Below are positions 10,774 to 21,538 of a DNA stretch of 64,000 bases, one piece after another; the stretch's first letter is position 1, and each line of letters begins with the position of its first letter. The notes beneath the pieces were generated by a model. It searched no databases, was not told the DNA's origin, and was given only the letters and a program-made list of their open reading frames with translations. The position numbers and the translations under genes are program-made. The stretch comes from Neocallimastix sp. 'constans' (taxonomy: Eukaryota), in assembly GCA_050613775.1 (NCBI GenBank), contig JBODTK010000157.1:124001-188000 (forward strand). The letters are read 5' to 3'.

Positions 10774-13700
10774 ATGACTAAATACGATTTGGGAATTAAG
10801 CTTAATGGAAGAAACTACAATCAATGGTTTCTTCTTCTTTCCAGCCACTTACGCTCTGAAAGACTTAGTGACTACATTACTATTGATGTAGTCAATAACG
10901 CAAGAAGTGACCTCCGCGATGCTGCGAATGAAGCTGCTCGATTGGCCCAGTTATCTCAAGATCAAAGGGATGACGAAGCTCTTGCCCGTCAGCGAAATAT
11001 CGTCCAAGGAATACGCCAAACAGTGGAAGAGGCAGAAGCCAAAGAGGCCACTGTAAATTCAATTATTATCTCCAATGTGACTGAAAAAGTACTTACGTAC
11101 ATTCAGAACATTAATAATCCCCGAGAAAAAATCGAGAAATTAGAATTTCTCTATCATCGGGATGAAGAGGAAAAATATAGCCTCTTATTAGCCAGAATAT
11201 ATAATCTCAAGGCTAAGAACGTTCAAAACGTAATGGACGTTCTAAATGAAATTGTTGAAATTTTTAATGTGTTAGACGACACAAATCTACGTATTAATAA
11301 TCTTGAAAAATTAATTATTATGCAAGAAGCCCTTCCAAGAGATCTTGCTAAAGAATTCAAGCCTAGAGCTAATATTGACCCGACTGCATTTTATAATGAA
11401 ATTAAGGACACTGTTACTTTTTACAACTACAAATCGAAAAGAAACATCAATAAACCTAAAAATAATCCGACAGTTAACGAAGTCAGGGTCGACCCAATGG
11501 ACCTTGATAATATCAATGATTACAAAAGGAAGTTTTGTTATATCTGCGATATAACCGGACACACCACCAAGGAATGCCGTTACAATCTGAAGACCAAGGG
11601 AAATCACTCCAAGAAGAAGAAGAATTACAAGAAAAATCTTAGCAATATTGAAAAATCCAAGAACCTATCTTATGAAGACATTAATAACAAGTTCAAAGAC
11701 GACATGGATAGTCTCGAACCAGCCACCATGGACAGTCATTTTATGGATCACGAACATAATTTTAAGTTTGCACGTGACCTTCTAGAAACTTCTGAGTTTA
11801 ACATTGGAAACGTTTCTCCAGGACAAAACTTAAATGTTTTGTGTCAAAATTGTGACCAATATTCACGTGATCCAATTACACAAAATGGTATTGATCATGT
11901 GACAAACACCAAGTCATCTCTATGGACCCTTGACACCGGTGCTTGTGAACACATCACAAGGGATAAGTCTTTACTTTCTAATTTCGTTCCAAACAAGATG
12001 GTTCTACGATGTGCCAACAACACCACCTGTACCTTTGAGGGTTATGGTACTTTTCATGGTATCATTAACAATTTTCCGGTTACCTTAAACAGAGTTCTTT
12101 ATTCCAAGAATGTAAATAAGAACCTTATTAGTGGAATTAAATTAGCCTCCGAAGGTATTCTCTTTAGTACTGGAACTATAGATAATAAAACCTTCGTTAA
12201 ATTATCATCCTCTAAGGATAACTCAACCTTAGGTTATTTTTATAACCAAGATAATATTATTAGAATCCCAATTTTACAGGGATCTAATAATTTATCAAAC
12301 CTTGAGGACAATAATAATAGTGATCTGCAGTTATGGCATAACAGATTAGGCCATTTCTACAATAAAGATATTTTCACATATCTTTCAGATCACAACACTC
12401 TTGTAAATAACTGCCCTGAGTGTAGTATTTGCAAATTAAAAAGAAGCCCCCATAATAAAATTCCTCCCCGGGCTTCTGATAATCTTGAGGTCATTCATTC
12501 AGATATAGTTGGACCTCTTGAAACCTCAGTTACAGGAAAGAAATATTTCATTTCTTTCATTGATGAACATTGTAGAAAATCTTGGACTTTCCTTCTTAAG
12601 GAAAAATCTGAGGCTACAAATGTTATCATTTATTTTTTTAAGTACCTTTTTAATCACTTTAATAATTATAGCGTTAAATATTTTAAATCTGACAACGCTA
12701 AAGAATATAAAAATAAAAAGGTACTAAAGTTTTGCAAACAAAATGGTATTATTAAATCTTTCTCTCCTCCATATAATCCTCAAAATAATGGAATTGCAGA
12801 AAGATTTAATCAAACAATTATTAATTGTATAAAAACCATTTTGTTCAAAGCTAATTTAAATATTAAATTTTGGGATTTTGCTCTCGTTTATGCTACTATT
12901 TTATACAATATTACTCCTCATAGTAGCATCCAAAATAATATCCCAAATGAGCTATTTTATTGTAAAAGAGTTAATTTATCTAAAATAAAGGTCTTTGGTT
13001 GTATTGCTTATCATAACAACCTTCAAGATAAGGCCTCCAAACTAAATGAAAACTCCGACAAAGGTATCTTCCTGGGCATCGATACTTTCTCAAACTCTTA
13101 CATTATTATTAACTGCCGCTCCCATAAAGTTGTTTCAACAAGAGAGGCAACTTTCTTTGAAGATAAATTTACGGATCTACCTGAGTTCTCCAGAGACTCT
13201 GATCATACACTCTTTGTGAATCTTCCCTTCGACTTGAACTCCCCTTCGGAACATAATTCTATGTTTGGTGATGCATTTCCTGTTTACGAGTCACGTGATG
13301 AAGTAAATATTAATTCCACGAAAGTTTCTCAAAATGACGTGGAAAAGGGGTTACACAACATTTCCATACCCTTTGATATTCAGTCACGTGTTGTGTATAA
13401 TTTGGATTGGACACGTGCTCAAAGCTCATTTCATGACAGTGATATGGTCTTATCAATCACCACCTCTCCACCACTCACCTTCCGAATGGCCATGAATTCA
13501 GCTGATAAAGATAAATGGATCCAAGCCATCTATGATGAGCTGGATAACCTTTACAGCAATAATATCATGACGTTCGTCCAAAAGGTACCGGAGGGTAGCA
13601 CTGTTATAACCACTAAATGGGTATTCAACATAAAGCTTAACGACCAAAACCTTATTGAAAAATATAAGGCTAGATTGGTCGCAAGAGGCTTCAATCAAAA

Positions 13701-14985
13701 GGAAGGAATAGATTATGAATTAACCTATTCCCCCACCTTAAATAGCGATAGCATAAAATTGATTATCGCTTTGGCCGCCAAATTAAAGTGGAATATCCAT
13801 CAATTGGATATTAAAGCGGCCTATTTAAATGCAAACCTGGATAAAGTAATATACACAACTATACCTCCAGGTGACGCTAATTATAAGAAAGGTTTTTGGC
13901 GCTTGAATAAAGCACTTTATGGTCTCAAACAGTCTGGAAGACAATGGTATGAGACTATATCTTCTTTCTTAACCCAAAATGGTTTTGATAAATTAAAATC
14001 AGAACCATGTATCTTTAAAAAATATTCAAAGGCCAATTTATTATGCATAATTGGCTTATATGTGGACGATATGTTGATTACTGGAACTATTCAAGAGATC
14101 AACGATATCGTCAATAAAATAAAATTAAAATTTAAAATTTCTAAATCAGGAAATATAAATTATATTTTAGGAATTAAAATTGAATTTTATAATAATTCAT
14201 ATTATATTTCTCAAAAAAATTTTATCGAAAATTTATTAAACAATTATAATATAAAAAATATTAAAAAATGTAAAACACCATGTACTGGAGTTAATAACAA
14301 ATTAAATAATGATCCAAATTTCGACATAACAGTATACAAAAGTGCTATTGGATCATTAATATACTTGGCAAAATCAACAAGGCCAGATATCTCATTCGCA
14401 GTGCATTATGCATCAAGAAACTGCGAAAATCCAAAATTATCTGATTGGAAAAAAGTTTTAAATATTTTTAAATATTTAAATTCAACAAAAATTTTTAAAA
14501 TTAAATATGATGGGTTAGGTGATATCAATGCATATTGTGATGCAGATTTTGCTGGTGACACCAAGGATAGAAAATCTACTTCTGGCTGTTTAATCCTCAT
14601 GGGAAAATCTGCTATTTCGTGGCATAGTAAGAAACAATCCGTTGTGGCAACGTCCACAGCTGAGGCTGAGTACATTAGCACGTCCGAATGTACGAAGAAA
14701 GTCTTGTGGATTAGAAATATCTTAGAAGAATTATTCAACTACAATCATTCCGTAACCATATTTACAGACAACATGGCCAGCAAGAAGAGTATCGAGAATG
14801 GTGAAGTGAATACCAAATTAAAACATATAGCTATCAAATATCACTTCAATAGAGATAATATAATAAATAGGAAGATCAAGTTAATGTACAAAAACACTGA
14901 AGAAATGCTTGCTGATGTTTTAACCAAAAATGTAAATGGTCCCAAAATGAAGAAGTTTACGGATAAAATATTTTCGGAAAATTAA
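10774..14985 (+). CDS. Copia Gag-Pol polyprotein (1403 aa)
   Basis: CYICDITGHTTKEC knuckle; WTLDTGACEH protease; WHNRLGH..CPECSIC, HSDIVGP, KSDNAKEY and NGIAERFN integrase; YKARLVARGF and LYVDDML RT; YCDADFAG and LADVLTK RNase H. PR-INT-RT-RH order. Confidence 0.98.
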   Translation: MTKYDLGIKLNGRNYNQWFLLLSSHLRSERLSDYITIDVVNNARSDLRDAANEAARLAQLSQDQRDDEALARQRNIVQGIRQTVEEAEAKEATVNSIIISNVTEKVLTYIQNINNPREKIEKLEFLYHRDEEEKYSLLLARIYNLKAKNVQNVMDVLNEIVEIFNVLDDTNLRINNLEKLIIMQEALPRDLAKEFKPRANIDPTAFYNEIKDTVTFYNYKSKRNINKPKNNPTVNEVRVDPMDLDNINDYKRKFCYICDITGHTTKECRYNLKTKGNHSKKKKNYKKNLSNIEKSKNLSYEDINNKFKDDMDSLEPATMDSHFMDHEHNFKFARDLLETSEFNIGNVSPGQNLNVLCQNCDQYSRDPITQNGIDHVTNTKSSLWTLDTGACEHITRDKSLLSNFVPNKMVLRCANNTTCTFEGYGTFHGIINNFPVTLNRVLYSKNVNKNLISGIKLASEGILFSTGTIDNKTFVKLSSSKDNSTLGYFYNQDNIIRIPILQGSNNLSNLEDNNNSDLQLWHNRLGHFYNKDIFTYLSDHNTLVNNCPECSICKLKRSPHNKIPPRASDNLEVIHSDIVGPLETSVTGKKYFISFIDEHCRKSWTFLLKEKSEATNVIIYFFKYLFNHFNNYSVKYFKSDNAKEYKNKKVLKFCKQNGIIKSFSPPYNPQNNGIAERFNQTIINCIKTILFKANLNIKFWDFALVYATILYNITPHSSIQNNIPNELFYCKRVNLSKIKVFGCIAYHNNLQDKASKLNENSDKGIFLGIDTFSNSYIIINCRSHKVVSTREATFFEDKFTDLPEFSRDSDHTLFVNLPFDLNSPSEHNSMFGDAFPVYESRDEVNINSTKVSQNDVEKGLHNISIPFDIQSRVVYNLDWTRAQSSFHDSDMVLSITTSPPLTFRMAMNSADKDKWIQAIYDELDNLYSNNIMTFVQKVPEGSTVITTKWVFNIKLNDQNLIEKYKARLVARGFNQKEGIDYELTYSPTLNSDSIKLIIALAAKLKWNIHQLDIKAAYLNANLDKVIYTTIPPGDANYKKGFWRLNKALYGLKQSGRQWYETISSFLTQNGFDKLKSEPCIFKKYSKANLLCIIGLYVDDMLITGTIQEINDIVNKIKLKFKISKSGNINYILGIKIEFYNNSYYISQKNFIENLLNNYNIKNIKKCKTPCTGVNNKLNNDPNFDITVYKSAIGSLIYLAKSTRPDISFAVHYASRNCENPKLSDWKKVLNIFKYLNSTKIFKIKYDGLGDINAYCDADFAGDTKDRKSTSGCLILMGKSAISWHSKKQSVVATSTAEAEYISTSECTKKVLWIRNILEELFNYNHSVTIFTDNMASKKSIENGEVNTKLKHIAIKYHFNRDNIINRKIKLMYKNTEEMLADVLTKNVNGPKMKKFTDKIFSEN

Positions 14986-15035
14986 CGATGGATACTTATT
15001 AACCAAACTTAATTTTATTTTGTAAAATTTAGTTT

Positions 15036-15045
15036 GAGGGGGGAA
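15036..15045 (+). promoter_or_regulatory. Polypurine tract
   Basis: GAGGGGGGAA immediately 5' of the 3' LTR. Confidence 0.92.
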
Positions 15046-15299
15046 TGCTATTATATCTAATCTAGAAACAAAATTTAATAAATGAATAATTTAAAAATAT
15101 AAATAATAATATAAAACAATGATTTAAATCAAATGTATAAATTAATGTATAAATTAATTTTAGTCTAGAACAAGCCACATAATTAGTATAAATACATGTA
15201 AATTTTCTCTTTAAATCTTTGTAATTACCTTTATATATTTTCATATATAAATAAATAAATAAAATATATTTTAAATAAAATAACTTTAATTAAATAATA
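15046..15299 (+). repeat. Copia 3' LTR
   Basis: Identical to the 5' LTR. Confidence 0.97.
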
Positions 15300-15532
15300 A
15301 TATATATTGAAATAAAATAAAATAAAATAATTATTATCAAAAAGATATAAATTTAATATTTAATAATTATTATTAAATATACAAATATGTTACTACACAT
15401 ATTTGTTTTATATCAAAACTTAATTATTAAATTTAACTATTTTAGTAGAAAACTATTTTAAATAAACTTTGTTCATTAAAACGTATATATATATAATAAT
15501 TTAATTCATTATTATATATATAAAAGGTATTG

Positions 15533-15574
<42 letters not shown>

Positions 15575-16006
15575 ACGTATTTTGTTAATGATGATACTTC
15601 ATAATTTATATATTTTTCAGTATCAATATAAAGAATATAGAAGGAATTAAATATTTTTACTACATTTTTATTACATGCATAAAGTATTTCAAAAATTATT
15701 TCTATTAATAAATTAAAAATGAAATAATCTTTATACAATCTATATATATGAAAATATTCTTTTATAATAAAAATTTATAATAATACTTTTTATTATTTTT
15801 TATTTAAATTTTTTATTTTGATTTTCTTATTTATTATATATAGATTTATATCTATTTTATTTTATTTTATTTTTATTTCTATTTTATTTTCTTAATCTTA
15901 TTTTTTATTTTTATTTTATTTTTATTTTTATTTTATTTTCTTAATCTTATTTTTTATTTTTATTTTATTTTTATTTTTATTTTATTTTCTTAATCTTATT
16001 TTTTTA

Positions 16007-16037
<31 letters not shown>

Positions 16038-16057
16038 ATTTTATTAAAAGTTTCATT

Positions 16058-16428
16058 TTACCACATTAAACATTTATTTTTTGGATTCATTGGTGAACCA
16101 GTTGGACAATTAAATGCTTTTGCAAAATCTTTAGAATTTGAAAGTACAATATTAACACGAGCTTCACCTGGAGCATGAGCATTTAAATCTAGAACATATT
16201 CATCTCCTATAGAACAACGAGATTGACCGTAAGCAATATAAAACAATTGGTCTAATGTATATTTTGAAAGGCCTGGAAGTTTTTTATTATTTTGAGATGC
16301 TTTTTCTGGGTTCTTTAAAATAGATTTTTTCCATGCTTCATATCCTCTACTTAATCCACCATTATCAGCAATATTTTCATCAAGTGTAAACTATTTTTTT
16401 TTTTTTTTTTTTTAAATATATATATATA

Positions 16429-16495
<67 letters not shown>

Positions 16496-19400
16496 ATTAT
16501 TTTTTTATTAGTAATATTTTTATATATATAAAAGAGAAAAAACCTTATATATTTACCTCTCCATCAATAAAATATTTTTTATTATTGACTGAAAATGAAA
16601 AATCATTATATCTTGATATATTTATTATCATAAAAATTTAGTTTAATTTTTAATAATCAAAAGCCGTAAAAAACAATTAATATAATTTATAAAAACAATT
16701 AATATAATTTATAAAAATAATTTATAAAAATAACATTTACTGATCAATAAAACATTGAGATAATTCCTTAAAGTCTTTATCATCATCATCTGTCCACTTT
16801 ATTTAAATCAATAATAATAATAATATATATATGTTTTAATTATTTAAAGAAATTTATTGTAAATTAATTATTATTATTCGCATAATTTATTATTATAATT
16901 ATTATTAGTATTTCCTATTAATCTTATTATTATTATTAATATATATATATTATATATACCCAATTATTTTTATTTCCATCACTATCATATAATCTTCCAG
17001 TATTATCAAATGCATGAGTTACTTCATGACTGATTATGGTTCCAAAATAGCCATAATTTAAATAATCTGAACCAGAAATACCATAATAAGGCAAACGTAA
17101 ATAAGCAGCAGGTATGTATATTTCATTTAACGAAGGAACATACAATGCATTAACCATCTTTTTATTTACAGAGGTATAATAATTATATTATAATATAATA
17201 TATAACATTATAATATTTTAGTATTTATATTATTACAATAATTGGAATTATTAATTTAAGCTTAATTAATATCAATTAATATTAAAATTACCAAAGGATC
17301 TACACTTTCTGTTTCACTGAGATATATGAATTGATTGTCATTTTTTGTTAATAAATAATAAGTGAAATAATCTTTAATATCTATATATTTGTATTTTTCA
17401 TAGATTATTTTTGGATTATTGAAAATTTCTGGATATTCAATGATATCTTTCATTTTTGATAATTTTTCAATTACTTTTTGCTTTGTTTCTTCGTCAAGCC
17501 ATTCTATCATTGAAATTCTATCAAACATAGATTCTTTAATATTTTCAATTATCTGTTTAGTTTTATTTTTTATATTTTCTGATAATTTATGGTCAACATA
17601 ATACTTTGTAAGAGCTATTGGCATATGTTGTTTAACCATATCTATACATTCTATTTTGTCATAATTTATATCATCTTTACTATTATATATATCTGAAGAA
17701 GGTTCATTAAATTCTTCATTGCGATATTCTTCGTCATAATATATATTTGAAGGATATTCTTCACCATATATATCTGAAGAATATTCATTATATCCTTCAT
17801 TAGGATATTCTTCATCATAATATATATTTGAAGGATATTCATTATTTTCATAATATCCTTCACTAGGATATTCTCCACCATATATATCTGAAGAATATAT
17901 TATTTTCAAAATAATCAGATGGATAATCAAAAGAATTATTGTTATAATTTTTTTTTTTTTATTATACAAAAATATTAATTAAATTATTTTAGCCTTTTAA
18001 GCTTTATAAATATTCATTTTAATGAAATTAATAATACAAAATAAAACAAACAAACATACAAACAAACAAACAAAAAAAAAAAAAAAAAAAAAAAAGCATA
18101 CCTTTATTTCTATAATAATAATCCTCAATTTCAGAAAAGGCATTATTAATGTCTCTTGAAACATTTTTTAATGAAATCAAGGTTAACCTGAATTATAAAA
18201 TACAATCAATAATTTTATGTGAATATAATATAAAAATATTTAATGAAAATAATATATTTAATTGAAACTGTTTTTTTTTTTTTTTTTTTTTTTTATATTT
18301 GCTTATATATTTACCATTCCATGTAAGTTGCTAATCCTTTAATATCCGTTTCATTAAAAATATTGTTCACAATTGCAAGAGCATCAGCAAACACATCATA
18401 AACTATTAGAGTATCAAAATTAACATTTTCAATATCATAAAATTCAAGTATTTTCTTTAAATATAATTTCCAGTCAATAAATGGATACTTTTTATTCAGT
18501 GCATCTAATTGAATTTCATCAATTCCTTCATTCTGATTAAAGAAATTGAGATTAGTATATTTATTATTGCACATTTTAAGTGTTTCGGTTAACTTTCTAT
18601 TTGATCATAATATATATATATATATATATATAAATATAAATATTATTATTATTATTATTATTATATAAATGATAATGAATTAAAATATTTTATTATAATA
18701 TTATTGAAATTAATTATTTGAATTTATTATTCATACAAATTATTAAATTTTTGTTCAATTTCATAAATAGTTTCAACTTTTTCTTCAATATCTTTTTCAT
18801 TATGATTAACAACATTTAAAATATTTTTAATAAATTCTTTAAAATGAATAGTCATTTCTGGCATTGTTTCTGTATGGGAAAGATAAGAAGATACAGTTAT
18901 TATATCTCTATTATATTGTAATTGTGATATTAAAAATTTTTGATCATAATTATTTTGAAATTGATAATATTTAAAATCAAGAAAAGGGAAACCAGTATTT
19001 CGTAATTTTGCCAGTAAATTTGTGAATATATCTGTTTTATTTTCACCTTTCATTTCATATATATTTAATTTTCTAATAAATTCAGATAAATAATCATTTC
19101 CAACCATTTCTTCCTCAGGAGGGTTCAAACAAAAGTCATAAATATTCTTTAAATTATTAAATGCTTTTTCATCGTATTCCTGATCTTCTTTACTTAGTCT
19201 CTCATTGACTTTGTAGTCATTTGAAAGTAGTTCAATTATTTCTTTCTAAAATCGATTAAAAGAATTATAAATAAAACATTTTATGAAATATTTATATATA
19301 ATAAACAATAACAATTATAATTATAATAGTAATAAAATTATTAATTATTAGTAAAAATTAAATAAATAATTAATAATAATACTAATAATTTAATAATTAC

Positions 19401-20122
19401 AGTACATCTACTATGTTCTTTTGTTCTCTTAGCATATCGTTATAATTTATGCCCTTTTTCTTTTTTTGGTTATTCTTAAAGTAATAACATATATATATAT
19501 ATTTTTTATATCATTGTATTAATTAGTTATTAACACATTATGAGTTAAATATTAAAACACCATTTTTAACTATTTATATTTATATTTACTTACAATCCAA
19601 CCTCCACAAGTGAATTGATAAAAGTCTTCACAAGGATTAACTGAAGAATCCATATTACTTAAAATATATTTTGAAGTTTCAAAACAATCATCTGTTAAAC
19701 ACTATAATTCAAATCAAAAAATTTTAAAGGTAAATAAAAAATTATTCATTTATTTACTTATAAATTAATTATTTTATACTATTACTATTATTTGATTCTA
19801 TTTATTATCACGTTATATATTTATAATTCTATATTTATTATTGTTTATTATCTTATTTAATCTATAAAATATATTATATATATATATTTACTTCTTCAAA
19901 ATTGGATTTTATAATATCAGTTTCAATATTTTCATCATCAGTAAACTCATCATAAACTTCAATATTTTTATCATTTAGGTCAACTTCTACTGATGAATCT
20001 AACATATCTTCTGAATCACTTTCAATTAAAAGAGTTGAAGCTCCTTTATTTACTGGTATTGAAAAAACCTCATGATTCCAGAAAATAAATGTTAAAGTAA
20101 AACTTAATTTTTTAATATTCAT
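16058..20122 (-). CDS. Secreted M13-family (neprilysin/ECE-like) zinc metallopeptidase, ~11 exons
   Basis: Signal-like N-terminus; exon ~19594-19701 CLTDDCFETSKYILSNMDSSVNPCEDFYQFTCGGWI; MVNALY; NYGYFGTIISHEVTHAFD (HExxH); NWWT; TLDENIADNGG; HAPGEARVN...FNCPTGSPMNPKNKCLMW*. The junctions I checked in the 3' half are in phase. Internal exon limits are approximate. Confidence 0.95.
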
Positions 20123-20658
20123 TTTTTTTTTTTTTTTATTATTTTATAAATAATAATTATTTAAAAATAAAATTAGTAATTATTATTTATTATTTATTTT
20201 TATTTGTACTTTTGTTATTGCTATTTTTGTACTATTTTTTTTTTTTTTCTTTATTATTATTATTATTGTTTGATTAACTGCTTTTCGTTTTATTTTGTTT
20301 TATACTTTTTTAAATAAAAAAGGAGAAAGAAAAAAAAAAATTATTTAAATAAAAATATAAAGAAATAAGAATATTCTTTTATTCTTTTATTAAGCTAAGT
20401 AATAAGAATTTAATAAAAATCACCAAAGTATAAAAATATTAATGAAAATTTTATATTAAAAATTTCAATAAACAATAATAAATTTTAATAATTAATTTTA
20501 ATTGTTTTAATTTATCTTTTATTTTTTTTACTTATTTAAAAAAGAATTTTCTTTTATTCTTTTCTTTTTTTTTTTTTTATTATTAGTAAAATGTAATATA
20601 TTATCAAATAAAATTTTCATTCATTTATACATATATTAATAGTAAAGTTTTTTCTATA

Positions 20659-20679
<21 letters not shown>

Positions 20680-20689
<10 letters not shown>

Positions 20690-21290
20690 TTTACAACCTT
20701 AATTATTACGAACTTTAATCTTTATTTATTAATTCATTTATTAATTATTTATTAATTACATGAATATTTTTTATTAAAAAAAAAAAATAATAAATAAATA
20801 AATAAATAAATAAATATTATTTGTCCAATTAGAACACATTAATATTTAAAATAGTAATGTGAAAAAAAAAAAGTTAATATTTAAAAATAAAGGGTATAAA
20901 TAAATTCAGGAAAAAGCTCATATGCAACGGACCTCACCTCCATGTTAATTATTACGGATTAGGGTTTGAATTGACTATCTGAAAGAAATTATGGTCTTCT
21001 CCTTCAGAGGCATTGGCCCCTGCTCGTTCGTCTTACTGCATTTTCAACGTAGAAACTCCAAATCTAGACCATAATTTATTTCAGATAGTCAATTAAAACC
21101 CTAATAGAGAATAAGTAATAAGGAAGTGAGGTTTGTTATATATAAATTTTTTTTTTTTATTTTTTTGAATTTATTTATACACTTTATTTTGAATATTGCC
21201 TTTAATTTCACATTACTATTTAAAATATTATTATGTTCTAATTGGACAAATAAAAAAAAAAAAAAAAATTTTTTTTTTTTTATTTATTTA
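20680..21290. repeat. Two LINE 3'-end fragments in inverted orientation
   Basis: 20819-20996 (minus-strand LINE 3' end, homologous to 21683-21856) and its approximate reverse complement at 21066-21253. Confidence 0.8.
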
Positions 21291-21329
21291 ATTTAACTAA
21301 TGGTCTTTGTTCCCCATCACTAAGTTTAA

Positions 21330-21538
21330 ATTTATCATATATTGAACGCTCACCAAGAAGAGCACTCAATATAAAATAATAAATATTATTATCATATTCC
21401 TTTTCTGAATCTAAAGAAACATTCCAAGGATTTCTGTTCAATTATCATTGCAAACTTCAAAAAGAGTTCAAATATTCAATGAATAAAAGATTGTTCACCT
21501 TTTCCACAATAAGGGCAGAATTTAGGACAATCATCAGA
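21330..21538 (-). mobile_element. LINE fragment (CCHC finger region)
   Basis: DDCPKFCPYCGKGEQSFIH*IFE, near-identical to 26640-26710. Confidence 0.75.

Larger units (their letters stand above)
10466..15299 (+). mobile_element. Intact Ty1/Copia LTR retrotransposon (4834 bp)
   Basis: Two 254-bp LTRs identical by eye (10466-10719, 15046-15299), TSD ATATA (10461-10465, 15300-15304), PBS, PPT, one uninterrupted gag-pol ORF. Confidence 0.98.

Noticed and set aside
10482..15244. Two identical 60-aa minus-strand ORFs
   Set aside because: They lie inside the two LTRs; AT-rich chance ORFs.
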